In this document: piece after piece, positions 1 to 11,185 of the stretch
Layout: each line of letters opens with the position of its first letter
Position numbering within the stretch: position 1 is the stretch's first letter
Assembly: GCA_030264375.1 (NCBI GenBank)
Contig: JASCQW010000177.1
Span: forward strand, 5,952,202-6,016,201
From: Carcharhinus longimanus
Lineage: Eukaryota
Direction of reading: 5' to 3'
Length of the DNA: 64,000 nt
Position numbers and translations under genes: made by a program
The notes under the pieces: generated by a model
Database searches by the model: none
Seen by the model: only the letters and a program-made list of their open reading frames with translations
What the model was told of the DNA's origin: nothing

Positions 1-241
1 AGAGGGGGACAGACAGACAGACAGTGGAGAAAGTGTGTGTACAAGAGGTGAGATATTGAGCACGTAAGCTTGCTCGTGGAAAAGGCGCGGAGAAGCAAGT
101 ATGTGCATGTGTGAGTGAGAGAAAACTGCAGCTCTCCAGCAGCACTCCTAATAGTAAACAGATGCGAAAGTAGCATTGCTCCTCTCATCAAAATGACAAA
201 AAGGGCAAGACTAGAGTACTTTGTTGAATAAGAAAACTTAT

Positions 242-316
242 TTATATATACACACACGCATATATATATATATATATATATAAAATATATATATATATAT
301 ATACACACACACAGAC
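242..316. repeat. Compound (TA)n/(CA)n microsatellite
   Basis: Dinucleotide runs directly visible. Confidence 0.95.
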
Positions 317-392
317 ACTTACAAGAAATAAAAAATACTTTTATAAATTTGTTTTTATAGAGGTTTAGCTTCAATGTAGTAAGAATGTTTCT

Positions 393-439
393 CAGGGGTT
401 CTGTCAATTCCATGGTTTGAAAAGTTTGAGAACCCCTTG
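393..439. mobile_element. Tiny hAT/Charlie-type MITE remnant
   Basis: Inverted ends caggggttct ... (ttt)gagaaccccttg resemble CAGGGGTTCTCAAA-type TIRs. Confidence 0.45.
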
Positions 440-589
440 CCTGTGGATGCTCAGTGACTTAAATATACACAGAGGTTGGGAGAGAATTCACAGAAATGGG
501 GATCGAGTGGCAAAATGGATTTGAAATAGAAGGTGATCTTATTGAATGGTGCAGAGGATTGAGGGGCTGTATGGCCTATTCTTGCTCCT

Positions 590-1650
590 ATTGTGTTGTT
601 ACAGTGCTCATTTTATTACTGCTTTTAGAGTATTGTATACAGTTTTGGTCCCTTTACTTGAGAAGTGATATATGCATTGGAGGTGGTTCAGAGGAGTTTC
701 ACTAGGTTAATTTGAGATTAGGAACTCAACTTACGAGAAGGAATTGAGCAGTTTAGGCCTACACTCCCTGGAGTTTAGAAGAATGAGAGGAGATCTAATT
801 GAGGTGCACATGATAAGGAGGATTGACAAAGTAGATGTGGAGAGGATGTTTCCCTTTGTGGGACAATCTAGAACAAGAGGTCATAGTTTAGGATAAGAGG
901 ATTTAAAACAGACGAGGGGAAAATTACTTCTCTCAAATGGTTCTGAGTTTGTGGCATTTACAACCCTAGAGTGTGGTGGATACCAGGACTTTGAGCAAAT
1001 TTAAGGAAGAGAACAAAGAACAAAGAAAATTACAGCACAGGAACAGGCCCTTTGGCCCTCCAAGCCTGCAATGATCATACTGCCCGACTGATCTAAAACC
1101 CCTACCCTTCTGGGGACCATATCCCTCTATTCCCATCTCATTCATGTATTTGTCAAGACACCCCTTAAAAGTCACTACTGTATCCACTTCCACTCCCTCC
1201 CCCGGCAACGAATTCCAGGCAGCCACCACTCTCTGTGTAAAAAATCTGCCTCGTACATCTCCTTTAAACCTTGCCCCTCGCACCTTAAACCTATGCCCCC
1301 TAGTAATTGACTCTTNNNNNNNNNNNNNNNNNNNNNNNNNNNNNNNNNNNNNNNNNNNNNNNNNNNNNNNNNNNNNNNNNNNNNNNNNNNNNNNNNNNNN
1401 NNNNNNNNNNNNNNNGAAAAAGCTTCTGACTATCCATTCTGTCCATGCCTCTCATAATCTTGTAGACTTCTATCAGGTCTCTCCTCAACCTCAGTTGCTC
1501 CAGTGGACAGATTATTAATTAGTCAGAGTTTGAAGGGATATGGTGAACAGGCAGGTGAGTGATGTTGAGGCTGAAATCAGACATGACCACATTAAATGGT
1601 GGCGTAGACAAGGATCTGAATGGCTACTCCTGCTCCTGGTTTTTATGATT
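590..1650 (+). mobile_element. CR1 LINE 3' fragment, interrupted at about 1011-1505 by an inverted CR1
   Basis: Encodes degenerate LEYCIQFWS, RRMRGDLIEV and RTRGHS motifs; resumes after 1505 with gacagatt...aagggatatgg...aatggc and a CR1-like tail. Confidence 0.85.
1011..1505 (-). mobile_element. CR1 LINE 3' end nested in opposite orientation (contains an N gap)
   Basis: ORFs MRRDLIEVYKIMRGMDR and RFFTQRVVAAWNSLP; (TTCTTTG)n tail at 1011-1027. Confidence 0.9.
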
Positions 1651-2199
1651 AAAGGAAAAAAACAAAATCCCATTTGGAAGTTTTCTGGATTGTTATTGTC
1701 AATTTCAGCAGTCCTTCAAAACTACATGCAACCATACCAGAAAAATCACCTCACACTCTGACCCCATTGGTGTTATACTTTTTAGTATGCATTTGGTCAA
1801 GAGTTATTTGATGCCAGTTATTGCAAAATATAATGATAGTATTTGTGAGAAATCAGGGGAAAATCCTCAACTTTAGCAAAGCAATTACTACTGTCACCTA
1901 GTACAGAGTACCCCATGCGGAAGAGAAATTGAACAAGAGATTGGGAATACAAGTTTGCTTTGTTAACCAAAATCATCTGTAAAGTCAGGTGTCATGAGTA
2001 TGTGTTAGTTCTCCTTTTCAAGTGAGTGATCACGATCCTATTATCCGTAGAAGTGAGTGAGGACAAGAAAGGGATAGGATTTCCAGCGTTAACCCTGTGG
2101 TAAATGCCATCAGGGCTCTCAGAAGACCACAGGTCACTTTGGGCCTTTACCACAAGTAACCAGAGGTTTTGAGAGAAGCAAAAATAAATAAAGTAACCT

Positions 2200-2635
2200 G
2201 AGGAGCATACAAGGAGCGGCTGGATAGACTGGAACTTTTCCCCTCAAGTGTTGGAGACTTAGGGGTGATCTGATAGAGGTCTATAAAATGAGGGACATAG
2301 ATCAGCTAGGTAGTTAGTATCTTTTCTCAAAGGTAGGGGAGTCTAAAACTAGAGGGCATAACTTTAAAGTTGAGAGGACAGATACAAAACGGCTCAGAGG
2401 GACTATTTTTTCACACAGGGTGGTGAGTGTCTGGAACAAGCTGCAGAGGTAGTAGTGGATGCGGTACAATTTTGTCTTTTAAAAAGCATTTAGAAAGTTA
2501 CATGGGTAAGATGGGTATAGAGGGATATGGGCCAAACGCAGACAACTGGAACTAGTTTAGGAGTTTAAAAAAGGGCAGCGTGGCAAGTTGGGCCAAAGGG
2601 CCTGTTTTCATGCTGTAAGCCTCTTTGACTCTATG
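2200..2635 (+). mobile_element. CR1 LINE 3' end
   Basis: RLRGDLIEVYK, KTRGH and FFTQ.VV..WNKL motifs, followed by a gggcc...gggcctgtt...tgactcta tail. Confidence 0.88.
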
Positions 2636-3789
2636 AAAAGCAAACCACAATGCAGGGGTATCCTCCAGAGCACTAAGAGCAAGCCAAAATAGCCAAACCT
2701 TCAATTTAGGCCAATGTAACACAATTGAAAGCAATAGCTTTCTCTATATATTCCTCCTTTGCAAGACCTTACTCTATTTTCTAAAATTATCTTAACAAGG
2801 AAAATGCAATATAGGTTAAAGTTTCCTGGTGTGCTGAGAATTTTCCCTTTGTGAAAATCTAAAGAGAAAAGAAGCTTAATAATATGGTATTATATTTATG
2901 CTGTAAAGCTGCATTTATTGGTCGACCCCCAATTCCTGGGCTACCCAATGGCTTCCAAAGCAATACAAGGCAGCATTAAAAGTTCAGACTGTAAAGTGGA
3001 TCAGGAATCAAGAGACAGTAGATAGCGGATGGGTTACATTGTCCGGCTGATGGACAATTTTAATCAGTTGAATATTTGTGTCGAACATCTTTAGTATCTC
3101 TTTTTCCAATGACAGTCCACGAATTACCCGATTTATTGAATTCAATTTCACAACTGTGACCACTAGGTCAATAACTCAGGATCACGGTCATTACATGAAT
3201 GTCCAATCATTACATTAACGTCCAATCAGTCTGGAATCAAAATGCACGTGCATGCTTTGTTAGTGGTCAATACTATTTTGTCGTTAATGGGGCGGCAGGT
3301 AGTATGTAAGGAACATTTTCTCCAACATCTATCCAGCATCATCTCAAACTTCAGAGTTACCAACAGTGAGAGGACACAGTGGTTTCTTCACACTACCTCA
3401 AATGTTAAGGTAGCATAGGAAGCATGAATCACCAATAAAGCAGAATGCAGACTTCGGTGTTAAGTTAACATTACCATGTTCACTCAAACTGCAATCCAAT
3501 ACTCTGCTGGCTGCACACGGGAGTTACAAGCTTATCCTTCAACCCAGATTAGCAATGTTTCACTGTATATGAAAAGTTACTTCAACTGACAGAGTTTTTC
3601 AATCAGGTGCTATCCCACTCACAGGCTGACCTCGTTTGCCCTCAGCTTCCTAAAATGCTCCAATGAAGGTCAGTATAAGTTCAGGGAAAAGCATTATCAT
3701 CTTTCAATTAAGTACGTAATGGTCTTCTAGACTTAATTTTAGTTCATGCATTGCTTTTTGTTTTCAGGTGGCAGATGTCGTGGATAATT

Positions 3790-4005
3790 CTGTTTTCCCA
3801 TTTACCCCACTCCTACACCTCTTTTCATTACTTGATTCATTAACATCCTCCCTACCTTGCAGCATCCATTTTATCAGACAGTTTTTTGTTCATCTTTCAC
3901 TCCCTGTCCCTGCCTCAGAACTTATTTAAAAACAGTCACATCTGTAACTTCTTCCAATTCTGACTAAAAGACAAAAGATGAAAAGTTAACACTTTCTCCC
4001 ACTAC
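3790..4005 (+). mobile_element. Degenerate Penelope-type terminal (pLTR-like) fragment
   Basis: Pyrimidine-rich tract ending ttctgactaaaag...atgaaaagttaac, an eroded form of the CTGANGA...GAAACGTTAAC motif recalled from shark Penelope-like ends. Confidence 0.45.
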
Positions 4006-4199
4006 ACAAAAATTCAGGTATGACACCATCTATCAGTGGGTTGCTTTTTCCAATCAGTCACACTGTGCACATGACGTGTGAAGTCTGTCTGTTGATTGGG
4101 CTAAAAAGCAACAGGGCCACTAAAAATATTTTCACATTTATAGGAGCAAGCATGAGTGCTACAATCAGAACCTGATCAAATCCAATGCATGTAGTTATT

Positions 4200-6920
4200 T
4201 TGACGCTTTGGTCACAAGTTTATCCTGAAAGTATCTCCTCTTAAGCAGTCTCTCAGGCTCGAGTACGACTTGCTTCCATTTCAGTCCAATGGTTCTGAGA
4301 TCATGCATAATTTGCAGACTGTCATCTGTAGGGCAGATTGTGCTTATAAGGTCAGAAAGATGACTTGTTTGGAAGTTTGCACACTCCCGGCACCTTAACT
4401 TCACCTTGGTGCATTCCCAAAGTCTCAAACTGTTCAGCACCTTCCCAAATGAACCTTTTCCATTTCAGTCAATCACTTGCTTCCCTAAGTCAGTGAGGAT
4501 ACCTGACCTCGTCAGGGACATTTTTAGGGCATCATGAAAGTATATCTGCTATCCCCGTGACTGAGTAAGAGCTTCAGGACGCTGGTTTCAAACATTCAAA
4601 CTGAGCTGGATTTGAGTGATTGACACTTGATGTTAAGCATATTGGCTTGAGACAGGATGTTGCCGTTGGATGCCTTTCTTTCAGGGGAAAATCCTGTGAA
4701 GGAACCATTGCTTTGAGGTGCCTGTGCTAGGTTTTAATTCTTTAAAGGATAAGAGAGCCGCAGGGCAGCACAGTGGTTAGCACTGCTGGCTCAGCTCCAG
4801 GACCTGGGTTTGATTCCTGGCTTGGGTCACTGTGTCTGGAGTTTGCACATTCTCTCCATGTCTGTGTAGGTTTCCTCCGGGTGCTCCGGTTTCCTCCCAA
4901 ATATGTGGGGGTTAGATTGATTGACCATGCTAAATTGCCCCTCAAGTGTCCCGGGATATGTAGGTTAGAGGGATTAGTGGGGTAAATGTGTGGGGTTGTG
5001 GGGATAGGGCCTGGGGTGGGACCATTGTCGGTGCAGACTTGAGCTGAATGGCCTCCTTCTGCACTGTAGAGTTTCTATGATTCTATATGCATGAAGATCA
5101 CTGTTGCCCAATAAGCAATATCCTTAATCTCTTGGTTTGAGATTCTGGCCCTCCAATACCTTCTTAGCGGCTAAAAGGCTGAGCTGGAACTTTGTCATCT
5201 ATGTCAGCCTTTGTCAAGGGGAGGCTCCCAAGGTACAGAAAATGGTCCAGATTCCAGGATCTCACCATTGATCTTGCTTAAAAGAGGGAAGTGCTGTGCT
5301 GTGGGAACTGGTTGGAAAAGTTTCTTTGATTTCTGGCTATTTAGTGAAAAGCCCATTTCCCATGCTTCTGAGAAGGAATTGACAATGACCTGGTGCTTAG
5401 TTTCAGCGAGCAGAGGCAAAAGCATCATCTGAATACTGAAGCTCTGTGACTGCAGATGGAGTGACTCTGGTTTCAGACTGAAGGCAGCACAGATTAAACG
5501 GCTTCCTGTCTGTGCTACTGTTGATTATCTCCATGTCCAGCAAACTGCTCAGACGTGAAGCGCATTATTACACTAAGGAAGGTGGAGCGAAGCGTAGGTG
5601 TGATGACACAACCTTGATTGATTCCAGTCTTCAAAGTTCTGTTGGGAGAAACATGGCTTGCATATCACCACAGATCGGCGAGAATGGTGACAAGTTGCCC
5701 CAAACACACAGATGCTCCATAAGCCTTCACAGTCGACAGAGGCAAAGGTCTTTGTGAGATTGATAAAAAGATTTTGTAGCAGGTGGTCCTGTTCTTCAAA
5801 TTTTTCTTGGCATTCGCTGCACTGAAGATCACATCACCTCAATGGGTGAAAAATGCACTATGATTATGAAAGGAGCTCTTTGACCGTTGGGAGGTAACAG
5901 AGGAGGATCCTTGTGGGAATCTTCTCCCTGGTAGATAGCAAGTAGACCTTCCTATAGTTACGTCAATCAGATTCATCACCCTCCGTGAATACAGTCACAA
6001 TCACAGCATCCCTGAAATCTCCCTATTCTTCCTGGATGATGGGTAGGAGATTGTGCACATGCCAGCAATGTATCTCTTCAGGCTTTCAGAATTTCAGCAG
6101 GAATTCCAACTGCTCAAGAGGTTCCCTTGTTTTTCAGCTGTCAAATGGCGTTCCAGTCCTTGGTGGTGCCAAGGCAGTGCTGAACAGGTCAGAGGAACAG
6201 GAATCAAGTTGAATTATTCAAGTCAAAGATGGTCTGGGTGAGGTATTCTTCAGAATCTTCTCTCGCGAGTACCATCTACTTTCATTTTCTTCATCAGAAG
6301 TGCCTGTGCTATAGGTAACCATGACAAGGCACAGATTGCTGGTGAGTGCGATTTCCCATGCCATTTCTGCCCACCATTTGTACTTTTAGTTTGGGGATTT
6401 TATATTGTACCGTTCTGACAATGTTGGGTCCCTTTAAGAGCGAACCAAGACCAGCTTCAGAGTGAATTGAGAGCAGGTAATGTTCATTGAAGCTTGTACT
6501 TAAGTGCTGGGTTTTAACTCCCAGTTGAGGAGTTGCTTCTGAACAGGCAGTGGACCCAGGAGGGTAAAGTGGAAACCAGTCTTTGTACTGGACCATCGTT
6601 TCACAAAAGAATAGTTGTGAACTATCCTCTAATTCAGTAAAATGGATATTCATCAATTTAACAACGTTGCCTTCAGATGGTAGTAGAAGAAAGCTTCTAC
6701 TCACGCTGGATGGGGTCCTGTATCTGTCATTTTAGTCAGACCACTCACAATGTTATCTGGCAGAAGCACCAGGGGCCTCCCTAAAGCACTTGATATGAGA
6801 AATCTTTCCCTCAGGATTCACACAATGGTGAAGCCCAATACCAAAATAGTGCAAGGAAAGTATGTCTCCAGGTCAACATTTCAATTTTGCCTGCACTGTC
6901 TGGAGAGCGCATAGATATTC
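4200..6920 (-). mobile_element. Decayed RTE-clade LINE (EN-RT remnants), interrupted by a SINE
   Basis: Minus-strand remnants DAVIVTVF, NYR..LL, DVIFSA, F.NLTK.F, G.NQGCVITPTL and ELQYSDD, plus a C-terminal CPT zinc-finger-like stretch; many stops and frameshifts. Confidence 0.8.
4757..5086 (+). mobile_element. tRNA-derived HE1/V-SINE-like shark SINE
   Basis: A-box-like gtggttagcac, B-box-like gggtttgattcc, core gtttgcacattctc...ggtttcctcc, and a CR1-like tail (ttctatga)n. Confidence 0.9.
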
Positions 6921-7289
6921 TGAAAACAATTGGTGAATACTTTCAGGCCACTTAATCACCAGCCTAAGAGTTAGCTCAACATTAACGAGCAAATCTCCTG
7001 CCTACTCCAAAGTTAATGGTGAGTGGGTCATTTATTACTAATAGCAAACAATAAGTCCAGCAGCTGTCAAAACCAGTTATTACAGAGCATCACTGAATTT
7101 CAGTCCAAACTTACAAACACTTGGCAGTAGTTTCTAAGTAGCTCCAATACATGGATTAGTCTTTTTTTTTTAAGATCAGTGGCTCCAGAGACACAAGCCA
7201 GGTTAGCAGCCAAAAACACACACCACAAATGCAGGACAGGGGACAGCAACATCCACAAACTCATTCAACCGTGTACATTTATTAATAAA

Positions 7290-7810
7290 AAATCCAAGAC
7301 ATGTCAGAACCATTATAGGACAAAATTTGATGAGTTGCAGAAGGAGATATCAGGACAAATGGTCAAAGAATACAGGTTTAAGGAGTGTGCTAAAGAAGGC
7401 ATGTGAGGTAGAAAAGCAAAGAGGTGTAGGTAGAGAGGGCATTCCAGGGCTTGCGGGTCTAGACAACTGAAGGCATGGCCACCATAGTGCAGGAATTAAA
7501 ATCAGGTTGCTTAAGTGACCAGAAAGAAAGAACAGATATGGTGATGGGGGAGATTACAGAAATAGAGATTTGAAATCAAGAAATTGTTTGGTTAGGGACC
7601 AGTTCAACTCAGTGAGCACAGGGGTGATTGATGAGCAGAACTAGGACACCAGCAAAAGCTTTAGCTGACTTCCAGTTTACGATGGATAGAATTGTGGGAA
7701 ACCAGCCTGGAGTGCGTTGAAACAGCCAAATCTACAGCCAACAAAGCCATCGAGAGTTTCAGCAGATGAGCTAAGATGGGTGCAAAACGAGGCAATGTTA
7801 AGCAGATGAC
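7290..7810. mobile_element. Old LINE (L2-like) fragment
   Basis: ggtttaaggagtg..., gagggcattccagggcttg, aactgaaggcatggcc and gatttgaaatcaag are typical of antisense L2-type 3' regions; highly decayed. Confidence 0.5.
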
Positions 7811-8330
7811 AAAGATTCTTGGCCAATTAGACAGAGATGTTTAAAATAATGAAGGGTGACAGAGGCTGTTTTCTCCCCGAGAGGTTAGCAGGCCTAATGA
7901 CCAAGTTGTCGGCTCACGCTGTGTGTGAATGCTCTGCTTTTAAAAGAGTGTTTTATGTGTAATGGGCTGGGCAGGTCATCATGGCATATGAAAGGCAAGT
8001 AAAATTGATGGCCAATCTGGACCAGGACTAGTTTTGATCAGCTAAAGATGTCAGAGGGGAATTTTCCAAAGTTTTTCTTATTGATATCAAGGATTTAAAA
8101 CATCATTTTTTGTTGTCTCATTCATGATTGCTGATGAGTATATGGCATTATAACAATATGGAGCAGTTCTTCTTTTCCTATAAAGGCATTTTGTCCTTTA
8201 CTTGGCTAATCCTACACTAAATGACAATGAATCCTAATCAATTTGAATTGGTTTTATAAATTTGGAACTTCCATCGCATTGCAAAGTCTCTTTCATAAAA
8301 TCCCAGGGCATTAGAAGCCTTTAGACCTCA

Positions 8331-8457
8331 GGTGGAATTTACCCATCCTGCCCACTACAGGAATCGTAATGGGCAGGGCACGGACCATGCAAAGTTGTGG
8401 TGACCTTGGGCAGGATTTTCCAGTCTTGGGGTGAGCAAGGCCGGAAAATCTCACCCA
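8331..8457 (+). mobile_element. ~125-bp MITE (Harbinger-like ends), copy 1
   Basis: Ends ggtggaattt...aaaatctcaccc; aligns along its length to the reverse complement of 20183-20309. Confidence 0.7.
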
Positions 8458-8687
8458 TCGAGTTAGCACCAACTCTGCCCAGGCCTTATCCCTGTGACCA
8501 CCACATTTACCATGACTAATCCCCCTAACCTATACAACTTTGAATACTAAGGGACAATTTAACATAGCCAAACCACCTAACCTGCACAGAATGTGGAAAC
8601 GCCACACAGTCACTCAAGGTGGGAATTGAACCCAGGTCCCTGGAGCTGCAAGGCAGCAGTGCTAATCACTGTACCACCATGCTGCCT
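8458..8687 (-). mobile_element. HE1/V-SINE-like SINE, internally deleted
   Basis: The reverse complement begins ggcagcatggtggtacagtgattagcactgctgcc...gggttcaattccc. Confidence 0.85.
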
Positions 8688-11065
8688 CCCCCCTGAACTT
8701 TCCTAATGAAAGATGGAGTCACTGCAGTGCATGAAGTTAAGAGGAACAATAACACTGCCACGTGCCACAAGAGGTACCGCAAGATCAAAATGAATTAGGA
8801 TTGAGCACACAAATCAAGTCACCCTTCACAGCTTCTCCAAGCAGCTATTCTTAATGTTTGAGCACCAATACCAAGGGTTACCTGCCAGTGATCATACCCA
8901 ATCCTCTGTCCACCTAACCTCAGAACATGCCAACTTTATGGCTGGAGTGACTGGAAAGTAAACTGGAGCAAGAACATTGGCTGCTTTTTAACCATAAATA
9001 GGCCAGGAGCAAGAAGTCGTAAGAAGCATTCTTATCATCACTCAGAGGCAGAATGAAACGTAGGCCTGAAACTGAAACTAGAAGACAAGTAAAAATTTTG
9101 CACAAGGCTGCATTAAAATACAAATCTCAAAAAGCCACACAGATCTTGAGATTGTGTTCTAACTCATGCTTCTGAATTTGTGTTGTGTTTGGTAGGGTTC
9201 AGATTTAACACGAAGACTGAAAATAAACCTATGTCTTATTGGATAACTGTTTTGCTGGATGAGGCTGGATTTCCAGTCTTCAACTGATTTCAGTTAGATC
9301 AACTGTTAGTGTACTAAATTATCCTAATAGGTCTGATCGATACCTTGGGACCGCCAGTGATGCATAAAGAGTCAGTGCCCTCAGGGAAGTGAAAAGAGGA
9401 TTAAGACAAGACAAGCAATATGATGCTTGTGAAATCCAAATTACACAGTACCTCACTGCCCTGATTTCATTTCCAAAATGCCACAAATTATTCAGAATTT
9501 TGCAACATCGAAGGCTACCAGATAAGCTACAGTTACCAAGGAAACAAGTTGTCTGATCTCACTAGTTCCAAATAAACAAGAGTGCAATTCTGCAACACAG
9601 CATACAAAACTATGCAGAATGCCTCAAACAGGCTTTGACTGGACAACCCTATCTAAAGAAAAGATAAACTTCAACCTTCGAAACAACTCCCAAGTCAGTG
9701 AGTGACTGTATCGCAATGATAACAGGAACAATGAAATCAGTCAGAAGTTTCATTAGCTTATGACCAGCCACCTGTAGGGAGTGAAAAATCAGGAGTGGAG
9801 GATGAAAAACCTGGTGAGATAATGCATCATAACTCTCTGCTAAATAGTGCAACTTAAATTCAATATGAAAACTTCAAGGAATGTTTAGCTCATGATGGAA
9901 ACAGTCTGTAGACATACTGAAAAGGAAAACTGGGGTAAAGGTTGCATCACACAGACTTGAAACATTCATCCCTTTAAATACCCACAATGAGAGCTGCAGT
10001 CTATAACAACCATTAAGAGTGAGAATAAATGATTTTGTGGCCTTAGGAGGCTGTGCATCAAACGTGGGTTGCTTCATAAACTCTTCAAAACATCCAATGT
10101 TGGCCAAACAAAAGTGCAGTATAAATGCTTTTAAAGTGCAAAAGCTGAAAGCATACCATTTCCATACCACAATGACAAAAGATGCACTGTCCGTAACTTG
10201 GCCCAATATTACTTTTCCCTGGGATGCGGGGGAGGAAGAAAGAAAGGAATATGCTTTTATCAAGCCTTGGTTATCATACTGTTGAGACCGGGACATGAAA
10301 TTCTCTTGTGTTACCAGATGTGCAAATCATTCATTGCTGGTTTCGTGAAAGAACCAGAGGGAAAAAAAGCAACTTCAATTCCAATCAACTCAGTTTGGTA
10401 AAACAGACAAGGCTCTGGCTCAGTGCATCATTAGTCTCTTACTTTATGTAAAATATTTAGATACAAGTATTGCCGTATTAGCAAGGATCATCATTACAAT
10501 TAATTGATTACATGAATTTTAACTCTGATTCAATTTGTAGGAGAGGGTGCTTTTCCTGAATTAATAAGACTGTTCATTATAAAGGGTAACAGTACCATGT
10601 AGACTTATTCATTCATAGTTCAGTTTCAGGAAATCAAAACATCTTACCCCCACCTGCAATTAAATCATTTGAATGAAAAAGAAGTACCATGTTAGCTTTG
10701 GTACATAACCAGAAATAAACATTTATTTTTTAAATCACTTTCAACCCAGTGAACCAAATTAATTAGATTTACCACCATACCTCTCAACTGTACTGTTTTA
10801 AAATCACTGTGCCCCAACAGGAAGCTTCACCACTGAGCCAAGTAGCAACGCAGTGCAAGTAAAATGAGCCAACATGGCGATTCTACAGATGCCACACTGC
10901 CTCCAAACTAGAGCCTGAATTCCAGCATTCAACATGTTGCAGTTTGAGAGGTATGTGCACCGTAAAATCAAGGCTATTTATTATATGTACGAACAAATTG
11001 ACTTTAGCCTTGACCCCAGCCTATTTTGCCTAAGGATCTACTTCACAAGGTTGCACTACACCAAC

Positions 11066-11185
11066 CTTTTCTGCCTGGTTTCTTCCCAGAGCTCAGCTGG
11101 CCGCTAACGTCATGTAACCTGGTATCCAGCTCACTCTTCGAGTCTAGCTGGAGGTCATCGTTCGATTTCCCTGGGACTTTTTTCA
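11066..11185 (-). CDS. brd4: Post-ET coiled-coil exon of BRD2/BRD3 type ([40 protein letters not shown])
   Basis: gctgtttgcag|TG AAA ... AAA G|gttggt; 120 nt, phase 1-1, in frame with exon 10. Aligns to BRD3 ...[35 protein letters not shown] (from memory). Confidence 0.88.

Noticed and set aside
1316-1415. ORFs containing X runs (also near 17293, 18666, 26923, 50567)
   Set aside because: Artefacts of assembly N gaps.
4757-4830. tRNA-like A/B boxes here and at other SINE heads
   Set aside because: These are SINE heads without a full cloverleaf, not tRNA genes.
9649-10401. ORFs of up to 140 aa downstream of the coiled-coil exon, considered as the SEED exon
   Set aside because: No Ser/Glu/Asp-rich BET sequence and no phase-compatible splice sites.
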